From positions 1-35,956 of IMG/VR virus record IMGVR_UViG_3300020409_000043: a DNA stretch of 35,956 nucleotides. One strand, written 5' to 3'. Shown here in pieces: positions 28,012 through 35,956 of the stretch; the first letter of the stretch is position 1; every line of letters starts with the position of its first letter. Below the pieces are notes generated by a model. That model did not search any database and was not told where the DNA came from. It saw only the letters and a list, made by a program, of their open reading frames with translations. Origin of the DNA: a virus (lineage: Duplodnaviria > Caudoviricetes). The position numbers and the translations under genes are program-made.

Positions 28012-30224
28012 TGAGTTATAAGTTGAACAAAACAGATGGCAGTTTACTTGTTGACCTAGTAGATGGTCAATTAGATACTACATCAAGTGATTTAACACTT
28101 ATAGGAAGAAACTACTCTGGTTTCGGCGAAGTTCTAAACGAAAACTTTATTCAACTACTAGAAAATTTTGCAAACAGTGCCGCACCTACTAATCCAGTTA
28201 GAGGTCAATTATGGTATGATACAACAGAAAACAGATTAAAAGTTTACAACGGCACTTCATTTACAGCAAGTGGTGGAGTAACGGTACAAGCAAATCAACC
28301 TAACATGGTCGCAGGTGACTTATGGATTGATAGTTCTGCAAGTCAATTATATTTCTTTGATGGTACAAATTTAAGACTTGCTGGTCCTGTATTTTCTAAA
28401 CAATCAGGAACTTCCGGATTTCAGGTTGCTAGTGTTCTTGACACACAAAGTATCACAAATTATGTGGTCAAAATGTTTGTTGGCGGTAACCTTGTTGGAG
28501 TGCATAGTAATAATTCATTTACTCCGGCGGCAGGCGCACAGATTACAGAACTAGTCACAAGCGGAAATCCAACTGGTGCTATTGTAAAAGGTTTCAATAC
28601 TGTTGGCACTGACTATAAATTTGTTGGCACGTCCACTGTATCAGAAGCATTGAAAGATGGTGCAGGTGTGGTTAGAACAGGTGATCAATACTTAACAGCA
28701 GACAGCGATGACACAACAACTGGCGCAATTACAATCCAAAACAATGATGGATTGACAATAGGATTAAGCAATAACACTAAACTTTCATTTACAAATAATG
28801 CATTCACAATCGCAAATCAACTTACAGGTCAAGACGTAGAAGTAAAAGTAAGAAGACCTGCAGAAACTTCTGCAATAAAAGTTGATACTACTAATGCTAG
28901 AGTGGGTATATTTAAAGCGTCTCCAACTAAAACTTTAGACGTAGGTGGTGATGTAAACATTGATGGTAATCTAGTTGTAAGTGGTACGCAAACATCTATA
29001 GATGTAACCACATTAACAGTTGAAGATAAAAATATTGACTTAGGTAAAAAAGACGATGGTACTGTTGGCAATGATGCGGCGGTAGACGATGGTGGTATTA
29101 TATTAAATTCATCAGATGGTAACAAAACTTTTATTTGGAAAGACGGAACTGATTCTTGGACAAGTTCAGAAAATATTGACCTTGCATCAGGTAAAGGAAT
29201 TAAAATTAACACAAATTCTGTTTTAACAGAAACGGCTTTAGGTGCTTCAGTAACTTCTGCTCCAGGACTTACTACAATCGGAACACTAAACCAAGCAACT
29301 ATCGCCAATGTACAAATTGGACCAACAGATGGTTTGATTACAAGTTTAAATGCAAACGCACTAAAATTAGATAGTGCAACAGCGGCAATAGAAGTACAAA
29401 ACAAAAGAATATCTGGAGTTGCTGATCCAACTGCGGCGCAAGACGTGGCAACAAAAGCCTATGCTGATGGAAGCACGGTAATTGGTGTACAATTAGATAT
29501 TACAGGTCTAGGTGCAAATGCAGGAAACAATTATGCACCTGTAGGAGTATTACTTGAAAAATTATTCCCTGCAGGAGGATATGATTCAACAAGTCCACAA
29601 CCACCAGGAAGTGGAAACCCATCAAGTCCATTCTACAATTCAAGCATAGCCGCAAGAGCACAAGGCGTTATTGCTAGAATAAGAACACTTGACTATGGAT
29701 CTACAGGAGGTTTCAGCATACCTAGTATTAGTTTAGGTGCTTTCAAAAACTTTACACCTGTTGATCAAACAATCACGGCGGCACAAAGAACTATCGCGAG
29801 TGTAACGACATACGCACAAGATAACTCCTTGGGTACAACAACAAAATTAACAATGAGTGCGGCACATTTCTATGAAACAGGACAAGCGATTGTTGTAAAT
29901 GGAACAACATTCAGTGGTGGTATAGGTACTATCGATGGAAACTACACAGTTCAATCAGCAGAATTTTCTGCAGAAGCGCCTAACTATGTGTCAATTACAA
30001 TTAACTACGACTCACAAGCAAGTGGCTTACTAGGTGGTAATTACAATGCTTCTAGTGGTACCGCAGAAAGAACACCTGTGGTAGGAAGTGCAAACAAACA
30101 AGTATTAGAAGATATCAGTGATCCTACAGGCGTTACTGGTACAATAACTTTTGCTCCAACAACTAAAATACTTCAATTTGGTGTTAATAGTGGAGCATGG
30201 GAATTTGATAGAGAAATTGTATAG
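28011..30224 (+). CDS. Tail fibre protein (paralog 2)
   Basis: Same N-terminal domain (ENFIQLLENFA...GQLWYD). Fibre motifs VEDKNIDLG..GGIIL and ISGVADPTAAQDVATKAYAD, with a distinct C-terminal head. Confidence 0.8.
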   Translation: MSYKLNKTDGSLLVDLVDGQLDTTSSDLTLIGRNYSGFGEVLNENFIQLLENFANSAAPTNPVRGQLWYDTTENRLKVYNGTSFTASGGVTVQANQPNMVAGDLWIDSSASQLYFFDGTNLRLAGPVFSKQSGTSGFQVASVLDTQSITNYVVKMFVGGNLVGVHSNNSFTPAAGAQITELVTSGNPTGAIVKGFNTVGTDYKFVGTSTVSEALKDGAGVVRTGDQYLTADSDDTTTGAITIQNNDGLTIGLSNNTKLSFTNNAFTIANQLTGQDVEVKVRRPAETSAIKVDTTNARVGIFKASPTKTLDVGGDVNIDGNLVVSGTQTSIDVTTLTVEDKNIDLGKKDDGTVGNDAAVDDGGIILNSSDGNKTFIWKDGTDSWTSSENIDLASGKGIKINTNSVLTETALGASVTSAPGLTTIGTLNQATIANVQIGPTDGLITSLNANALKLDSATAAIEVQNKRISGVADPTAAQDVATKAYADGSTVIGVQLDITGLGANAGNNYAPVGVLLEKLFPAGGYDSTSPQPPGSGNPSSPFYNSSIAARAQGVIARIRTLDYGSTGGFSIPSISLGAFKNFTPVDQTITAAQRTIASVTTYAQDNSLGTTTKLTMSAAHFYETGQAIVVNGTTFSGGIGTIDGNYTVQSAEFSAEAPNYVSITINYDSQASGLLGGNYNASSGTAERTPVVGSANKQVLEDISDPTGVTGTITFAPTTKILQFGVNSGAWEFDREIV

Positions 30225-30230
30225 GATATC

Positions 30231-30238
30231 GATAAATA
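30231..30238 (+). promoter_or_regulatory. Late promoter core (GATAAATA) before fibre 3
   Basis: TAAATA at 30233-30238 in the intergenic gap, 18 nt before the ATG at 30257. Confidence 0.65.
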
Positions 30239-30256
30239 TTAGAAACAAAGGGCAAT

Positions 30257-31723
30257 ATGGCATATACGGTTAATAAATTTGACGGAACATTAATAGCAAC
30301 AGTAGAAGACGGTACTATTGATAACACAACAAACCTGAGATTCATAGGTAAAAACTATGCAGGATACGGTGAAATTCAAAACGAAAACTTCTTGCATATG
30401 TTGGAAAACTTTGCAGGCGGTACTGCTCCTTCGAGACCAGTTGCTGGTCAAATGTGGTATGACAGTGCAACAGCAAAATTAAAATTTTATGACGGTTCTA
30501 AATTTAGAACAACTGGTGGTGCTGAAATAAGTGCTACCGCACCAACAGGATTAACCACTGGTGATTTTTGGTGGGACACAGCAAACAGTCAATTGTACGC
30601 TTGGGACGGTTCAAGTTTTATATTAGTAGGTCCACAAGGTGTAGGTTCAACAGTTACACAGTTCACAAGTAGACAAATCCAAGATACTTTAGGTGCTCAA
30701 CAACTTATCATTGAAGGTAAAGTAAACAACACAACAGTTGTGTTATTCAGTTCAACAGAATTTACAATTGACTCAACACAATCTTCAAACACAATTACTG
30801 GATTTGATGTTGTGAAAAAAGGTATTACTCTAGTAAACACACAGGCGGCAACTAATGGTGTAACTTCAACAGATCACAGATTTTTTGGAACAGCATCAAA
30901 CTCGGACAGATTAGGTGGTAAGTTAGCAAGTGATTACTTACAAGCATCTTCAACAAACTTTACTTCTGTGGCAAGATTTGCAGATGCAGGTTTAACAGTT
31001 GGTGATTCAAATGACCTTAAAATTAGTATTGCAAACGGTAACGAAGGTTCGATTGCCAACGAAGTAGGAACTAAAATAGATTTAAAAGTTAACGTAAACA
31101 ATGTTGTAACAAGTATTGCAGAAGTTGTAACGACTGGTATTAATCCAGGAAGTGGTAACAGAACTTTAGGAACTGTAACAGATAAATGGTATGAAGTTCA
31201 TGCAACTGCATTAAAAGGAAATTCAGACACAGCCACAGCAATATTACAGGGTGGCACATCTTATCCAGGTAGCACAACTGCACAGGTGAACACAGTTGCA
31301 TTAAGAGACGCAACAAACACCATAGCGGCTACAACTTTCAGTGGTAGAGCCACAGAGGCGAATTACGCTGACTTGGCAGAGATTTACAAAACAGATAAAG
31401 AATATCCAGTAGGAACAGTGGTATCAATTGGCGGTGATGCAGAAGCAAGAGCAGTTGAAACTGGTGAACCAATTTTAGGAGTTATATCTGAGAATCCAGG
31501 ATTTTTAATGAACAAAGACGCTGAAGGTCAAGCGGTTGCTTTTGTTGGTAGGGTACCAGTTTTGGTTAAAGGTGCTATTGCCAAAGGTGAAAGAGTATAT
31601 GCAAACTGTGGCGGTTTTGGAACAACAGACGCAAATGGTGAACAAATTGGTTTTGCCCTAGAATCGAATTCAGACGAATCCACGAAACTTGTTGAGGTAG
31701 TATTGCGCCTGGTAAATAATTAG
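30257..31723 (+). CDS. Tail fibre protein (paralog 3) with C-terminal chaperone/peptidase-G2-like domain
   Basis: Same N-terminal domain (ENFLHMLENFA...GQMWYD). The C-terminus YADLAEIY...GTVVSIGG...GVISENPGFLMN...VAFVGRVPVLVKG resembles the intramolecular-chaperone (peptidase G2-like) ends of phage appendage proteins. Confidence 0.75.
   Translation: MAYTVNKFDGTLIATVEDGTIDNTTNLRFIGKNYAGYGEIQNENFLHMLENFAGGTAPSRPVAGQMWYDSATAKLKFYDGSKFRTTGGAEISATAPTGLTTGDFWWDTANSQLYAWDGSSFILVGPQGVGSTVTQFTSRQIQDTLGAQQLIIEGKVNNTTVVLFSSTEFTIDSTQSSNTITGFDVVKKGITLVNTQAATNGVTSTDHRFFGTASNSDRLGGKLASDYLQASSTNFTSVARFADAGLTVGDSNDLKISIANGNEGSIANEVGTKIDLKVNVNNVVTSIAEVVTTGINPGSGNRTLGTVTDKWYEVHATALKGNSDTATAILQGGTSYPGSTTAQVNTVALRDATNTIAATTFSGRATEANYADLAEIYKTDKEYPVGTVVSIGGDAEARAVETGEPILGVISENPGFLMNKDAEGQAVAFVGRVPVLVKGAIAKGERVYANCGGFGTTDANGEQIGFALESNSDESTKLVEVVLRLVNN
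31711..31718 (+). promoter_or_regulatory. Late promoter core (GGTAAATA) before the 291-aa gene
   Basis: TAAATA at 31713-31718, then an AAGGAG RBS and the ATG at 31735. Confidence 0.55.
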
Positions 31724-31734
31724 AAGGAGCAATA

Positions 31735-32610
31735 ATGGCTTTAGTTACAGCAACAAGATACAACACATTAAGACAATCAGTTACAAACGTTTTAGAAACT
31801 GGATCTGGCGATAGTGGCTATGGTCAAACTGCAGGTAGTTCAAATATTAGTGCAGGTGATTTAATCACGGCGGCTCAAATAAACAACATTTACGAAGACA
31901 TCAGAAAATGTTACAAACACCAAAATGGTGGTAATCCAGCAAGTAACCAATTACAACAGGTAAGTGCAGGAGACCTCGTTAAAGATAACGACGGTGTAAA
32001 CTATTCTGGTTGGGATCAATACGAAGCATTAGCACTTAACATCAGCACAAACAGATTGACAGTGGCAGGTGGACAACAGGCTATTGCAACTGCGTCATCT
32101 AGAAGTAGAGGTAGTTGGAATGGTGATAGAACATTGGTATTAGATGTGTCCTTTGCAAACTCAGACGCAAGAAGATATTTCTTCAATCAAGGAGGCTTTA
32201 TAAGATTAACAAGTACGGTGTCAGGTGGTAGTTCAAAAGACAGTGACTGGAACACTATGTTATCAGGCGCTGGTAATGTTGACTTCAAAGCACACGCCAC
32301 AACAGCATCAGGTGGTAGTGGTACAGCATCGGGATCAATAGGATCATATGAACTAACAACATCTTATCAATACATCTATCAAAGATTTGATGGAGGAACA
32401 GGAGCCTACAGTGCCAATGATTATTACATAGAAGCACAGGCGCCAAATGATACTACTATCAAATTTAGATTGGTATGGCGTGACCAAGCAGGTGGTAATA
32501 TTGACGAATCGGTATCCAATTTAAGTTACCAAGCAATAACTGGTACAGCAACTACAGACATAATTGGTACAGCACCAGGAATAGTTGAAGGTTCCGGCAC
32601 TAATTTCTAA
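31735..32610 (+). CDS. Putative virion structural / fibre-associated protein
   Basis: Gly/Ser/Thr-rich (GYGQT, GDLITAAQINNIYEDI, DARRYFFNQGGFIR); has a late core and a strong RBS, and follows the fibre genes. Confidence 0.6.
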   Translation: MALVTATRYNTLRQSVTNVLETGSGDSGYGQTAGSSNISAGDLITAAQINNIYEDIRKCYKHQNGGNPASNQLQQVSAGDLVKDNDGVNYSGWDQYEALALNISTNRLTVAGGQQAIATASSRSRGSWNGDRTLVLDVSFANSDARRYFFNQGGFIRLTSTVSGGSSKDSDWNTMLSGAGNVDFKAHATTASGGSGTASGSIGSYELTTSYQYIYQRFDGGTGAYSANDYYIEAQAPNDTTIKFRLVWRDQAGGNIDESVSNLSYQAITGTATTDIIGTAPGIVEGSGTNF

Positions 32611-32618
32611 TATCTTAT

Positions 32619-32647
32619 TTGACTAAAATCCAAAAATAAAGTATAAT
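32619..32647 (+). promoter_or_regulatory. Sigma70-type promoter for the glycosyltransferase cluster
   Basis: TTGACT (32619-32624), a 17-nt spacer, then TATAAT (32642-32647); the ATG at 32661 follows 13 nt later. Confidence 0.8.
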
Positions 32648-32660
32648 ATCTTGTAATATT

Positions 32661-32996
32661 ATGGATAATTCGCTTAAAGAATCTTTGGACCATGCAAAAA
32701 AGATGAAAGTCTTCAATAATCAATTAAGATTGTTGAAAGAAAAATATCTTGAACGCAACATTCATTTCACAGTTGGTCATCAATTTACAATAGATTTAAA
32801 ACTAATAAACTATTGCATCACACTTAAAAATCAAAACAAAATAAAAGACGTAATCCTGTTAGATGATTATGATCTTCCTGTTAGAATAGACGACTTGGAA
32901 TCCTTTTATGACAATATAATGGACCTATATCAACAAAATCTTAATGCTTATATTGTTGAGTACAACAAACTTGTACAAGACAAAGGCAGAATTTAA
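32661..32996 (+). CDS. Hypothetical protein (possible fibre-assembly chaperone-like)
   Basis: 111-aa ORF, first gene after the promoter and abutting the next gene. Function is a guess from the GHQFTID...ILLDDYDLPVRI pattern. Confidence 0.6.
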   Translation: MDNSLKESLDHAKKMKVFNNQLRLLKEKYLERNIHFTVGHQFTIDLKLINYCITLKNQNKIKDVILLDDYDLPVRIDDLESFYDNIMDLYQQNLNAYIVEYNKLVQDKGRI

Positions 32997-33800
32997 ATGA
33001 GTCAAGGTGTATTACTATTTGCTTTTAACAACAAAGCAGTAAATTATGTAGAACAGGCAGAGTTCTGTTGCAAGAAAATTAGGAAACATTTGCAATTACC
33101 TGTAACAATAGTGACAGCAGATGAAGTGCCTAACAAAGATTTATTTGATAAAATTATCAGAATACCCAAAGAGGAAGAACAGACAAGAAACTTCTATGAC
33201 GGAGAATCTAAAAAGACTGCATTTTGGAATAATAAATCTAGGACTACTGCGTATGAACTATCACCTTATGACGAGACCCTTGTAATGGATACAGATTTTA
33301 TAGTGGAGAATGATCTACTGCGTAAAGTGTTTGGTAAAGGACATGACTTCCTCATTAACCAAGAGGCACAACATTTAGATTACGAAAGCAAGATGACCGA
33401 AGATATGAAATACATTAGTGACAGTGGTATAAGGATGTGTTGGGCAACAGTTTTCTATTTTATGAAAACAGATAGGGTTAGAAAATTATTCACATTGATC
33501 AATCATATCAAGGAACATTGGAGTTTTTATAGATTTAGATATCAACTATTGCAAAACACATATAGAAACGATTTTGCGTTTGCAATCGCTCTACATATTT
33601 TAAATGGACATATGAAAAGTGATTGGCCAATACGATTACCAATAAAATTATTTTACATAACGGATAGAGATAAAATCGTATCTTACAAAGATAGAACATG
33701 GAAATTTAAATTGCAAGGTGGTCTGGATTGTAAAATTAAAGATATGAACATTCATGTGATGAATAAAATAGGATTAGCAAAGGTGATAAAAGATGAGTAG
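32997..33800 (+). CDS. Glycosyltransferase-like protein, GT-A fold
   Basis: N-terminal GVLLFAFNN strand, YELSPYDETLVMDTDF (DxD), WATVFYF, RNDFAFAIA and a C-terminal HVMNK. Confidence 0.7.
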   Translation: MSQGVLLFAFNNKAVNYVEQAEFCCKKIRKHLQLPVTIVTADEVPNKDLFDKIIRIPKEEEQTRNFYDGESKKTAFWNNKSRTTAYELSPYDETLVMDTDFIVENDLLRKVFGKGHDFLINQEAQHLDYESKMTEDMKYISDSGIRMCWATVFYFMKTDRVRKLFTLINHIKEHWSFYRFRYQLLQNTYRNDFAFAIALHILNGHMKSDWPIRLPIKLFYITDRDKIVSYKDRTWKFKLQGGLDCKIKDMNIHVMNKIGLAKVIKDE

Positions 33801-34614
33801 GGGTATTTGTTTATTCGCACAGAAGAATGAAAAGTCTGATTATTATAAGCAGGCTGTCGCCTGTGCTATGAGTATAAAAGCATTTAATCCTAAAGAACAG
33901 ATATGTTTAATCACTGATATGAAAGTGAAAACTGAACACGAAAAATATTTTGATGTAACTAAAGACATTCCTGGAAATGATTTAAGCATAAATTCTAATT
34001 GGAAAATAGAGAACAGATGCAAAATTTATAATGCTAGTCCATTTGATAGGACAATAGTTTTAGATGTTGATATGCTAGTGCTAGAAAGTTTAGATAATTT
34101 TTGGACTTTGTTAGAGCCATATGAACTTTTTTACACAAACAAAGTTAAAACATACAGGAATGAGATAGCCACAGGTGATTTTTACAGAAAAGTATTCGTG
34201 CATAACCAACTACCTAACGTGTATTGTGGATTGCACTATTTTAAAAAAACAAAATCCAATCAAGATTTTTACAATTTAGTCACTGATATTGTAAAAAATT
34301 ATAAAGAATACAGTGAACGTTTTGCGAAAAATTTAAAACAGTCATGGTGCAGTATGGATGTGGCAACTGCGATAGCAATAAAACTTACAAACAAAGAACA
34401 TCAAGTATTCAGCAATAGTAATGTGTTGACTTTCACACATATGAAGCCAAAGATACAGAATTGGAAAGCAGATGTGCTGAACTGGACAGCATATATTGAT
34501 TATAATTTGAATAAAAATAAAGAACTCGCTGTGGGGAATATACATCAAACTGGAATTTTCCATTATGTAGTGGATAATTTTCTCAACGATGATGTAATGG
34601 AGAATTTAAAATGA
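33793..34614 (+). CDS. Glycosyltransferase-like protein, GT-A fold (GT8-like), paralog of the preceding gene
   Basis: GICLFAQ..., ICLITD, YNASPFDRTIVLDVDML (DxD), NVYCGLHYFKK, SMDVATAIA, FTHMKP and FHY. Confidence 0.72.
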   Translation: MSRGICLFAQKNEKSDYYKQAVACAMSIKAFNPKEQICLITDMKVKTEHEKYFDVTKDIPGNDLSINSNWKIENRCKIYNASPFDRTIVLDVDMLVLESLDNFWTLLEPYELFYTNKVKTYRNEIATGDFYRKVFVHNQLPNVYCGLHYFKKTKSNQDFYNLVTDIVKNYKEYSERFAKNLKQSWCSMDVATAIAIKLTNKEHQVFSNSNVLTFTHMKPKIQNWKADVLNWTAYIDYNLNKNKELAVGNIHQTGIFHYVVDNFLNDDVMENLK

Positions 34615-35225
34615 CAGAACCCTTCATAAGACCACCGCTAGTAATTACAACAGAGCCTACTAAACATAAATTTTTTATGACGTTTGACCCAGACACAGGC
34701 GTTTGCACAGGCTTGACTCCGCACAAACAAGGTAATTGTGTTGAGATAGATGAATACTTGGGCAATCAATTACAAAAAGGCATAAAAAACTTTTTTGATT
34801 TCAAAGTTGTGCTTGAAAATAATGCTTATGTGGTGTTACAAAAAGATGCAGTGCAAATAAAAGACAATGAAGTGAAAAATGTAAGTGTTGTTGAAAACAA
34901 ATTTCTATATGAAATAAAAAATAACAAAATAGATTCTTGTATCCGCTTTACATTGGACAGGAAAAACAAAAAATTTATAATCACTATAGATGAAAGTTTA
35001 GCAAAAAGCATTTCTGAAACAATAGATATGGAAAAGCATAACATCTATAATTTTTTTACCACGGACCAAGATAATACTTCTATTGTTGACAAAATAATTG
35101 AAGTAAATCTTAATGATTTGATTAAAAATAAACAGATTGAAATAGATTACGTTGCAAATTTAGTTCCAAGACTGTTTTGTAGAAAGTTATACAATTATTC
35201 TTATGAGGTAGTAGATGAGTTTTAA
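34611..35225 (+). CDS. Hypothetical protein
   Basis: 204-aa ORF overlapping both neighbours (ATGA overlap at 34611); no recognised family. Confidence 0.65.
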   Translation: MTEPFIRPPLVITTEPTKHKFFMTFDPDTGVCTGLTPHKQGNCVEIDEYLGNQLQKGIKNFFDFKVVLENNAYVVLQKDAVQIKDNEVKNVSVVENKFLYEIKNNKIDSCIRFTLDRKNKKFIITIDESLAKSISETIDMEKHNIYNFFTTDQDNTSIVDKIIEVNLNDLIKNKQIEIDYVANLVPRLFCRKLYNYSYEVVDEF

Positions 35226-35956
35226 AATTGCTGACATAGATTTCATATTTTTAAGTTTTGATGAGCCAAATGGTGAAAAGAATTTCGCAAATCTTAAAAA
35301 GAAAGTACCTTGGGCAAAGAGAGTCCATGGGGTATATGGATTTGATGCGGCGCATAAAGCCTGTGCTGAGGCGTCAGACACAGAAAGATTTATTACAGTG
35401 GACGGTGACACAGTGATAGAAGAAGATTTTACAAAGGTTATGGTAGACTTTCCAAGTCTTGGAGTAGACAACACATATCAATTCAGTTGGTGTGGGCGTA
35501 TTGACCTGAATGGTTTACAATATGGCAACGGCAGTTTAAAATGTTGGACTAAAGACTTTGTTATGAATATGAAGACGCATGAAAATCATGATGGTAAAGA
35601 TAAAAATGTAATCGAATTTTGTCATTTCGACAACTACTATCAATTCAATGAGAACTTTTCTACAAGTTATATCAATGCAAGTCCTTTCCAGGCATGGCGG
35701 GCAGGATTTAGAGAGGGAGTAAAGATGAGTCTTGATAGAAACGCAAGAGTAAGCGATCTAAAAGATTTATGGTGGCAAAATTATCAAAGACTTCTTGTAT
35801 GGCTTAACGTAGGAGCAGATGTAGAAAATGGTTATTATGCAATACACGGAGCAAGGCTTGGATGTTATCTTGTTAATTGTACAGATTGGGACATAGTAAA
35901 GACACGTGAATTTGATTTTTACGACAAGTATTGGAGAAATGAATTGAATTTAAAAG
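35215..35956 (+). CDS. Glycosyltransferase-like protein, GT-A/GT2-like (3' end outside the window)
   Basis: Not in the ORF track. ATG at 35215 after a GAGGT RBS: MSFKIADIDFIFLSFDEPNGEKNF...AKRVHGVYGFDAAHKACAEASDTERFITVDGD (DxD)...YGNGSLKCW...AWRAGFREGVKM; open to the window end. Confidence 0.72.
   Translation, partial: MSFKIADIDFIFLSFDEPNGEKNFANLKKKVPWAKRVHGVYGFDAAHKACAEASDTERFITVDGDTVIEEDFTKVMVDFPSLGVDNTYQFSWCGRIDLNGLQYGNGSLKCWTKDFVMNMKTHENHDGKDKNVIEFCHFDNYYQFNENFSTSYINASPFQAWRAGFREGVKMSLDRNARVSDLKDLWWQNYQRLLVWLNVGADVENGYYAIHGARLGCYLVNCTDWDIVKTREFDFYDKYWRNELNLK

Noticed and set aside
25996-31723. Diversity-generating retroelement or invertible fibre-switching cassette
   Set aside because: No reverse transcriptase or invertase, no near-identical template/variable repeat pair and no flanking inverted repeats were seen; fibre similarity is at the diverged protein level.
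746-35474. Many short ORFs antisense to, or out of frame within, the long genes (e.g. 5422-5994, 20625-21146, 26625-27083, 28829-29404)
   Set aside because: They are shadows of strongly biased coding strands, with no RBS/promoter context or recognisable motifs.
1-35956. Stop-codon reassignment, as in some large phages
   Set aside because: Genes are long and tile densely under the standard code; TAA, TAG and TGA all occur as terminators at sensible gene junctions.

Overview
AT-rich segment of a large T4-related (T4 supergroup / jumbo-like) myovirus genome. The left end, on the minus strand, holds a gp55-type late sigma factor followed by the 5' part of a gp47/Mre11-SbcD nuclease. Each has a good sigma70-type promoter. 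A ~31 kb plus-strand baseplate and tail-fibre module runs divergently: tube-initiator-like protein, gp53, hub, lysozyme-less gp5 spike, gp25, an extended gp6, a 4898-aa gp7-like multidomain wedge/adhesin, a small baseplate protein, three paralogous fibre genes and one further virion protein. This module is punctuated by TAAATA late-promoter cores. The right end is a sigma70-promoted, tightly overlapping cluster of three DxD glycosyltransferase-like genes and two small unknown genes. The most notable points are: (i) a possible virion/tail-fibre glycosylation and maturation operon next to Ser/Thr-rich structural proteins; (ii) a divergent promoter pair in which a late promoter abuts the -35 box of the promoter for the late sigma itself; (iii) a gp55 with a basic tail instead of the T4 clamp-binding motif; (iv) the nested architecture of the giant wedge protein. 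All family calls come from motif recognition by eye; no database searches were run. No RNA genes, CRISPR arrays or mobile elements were seen.
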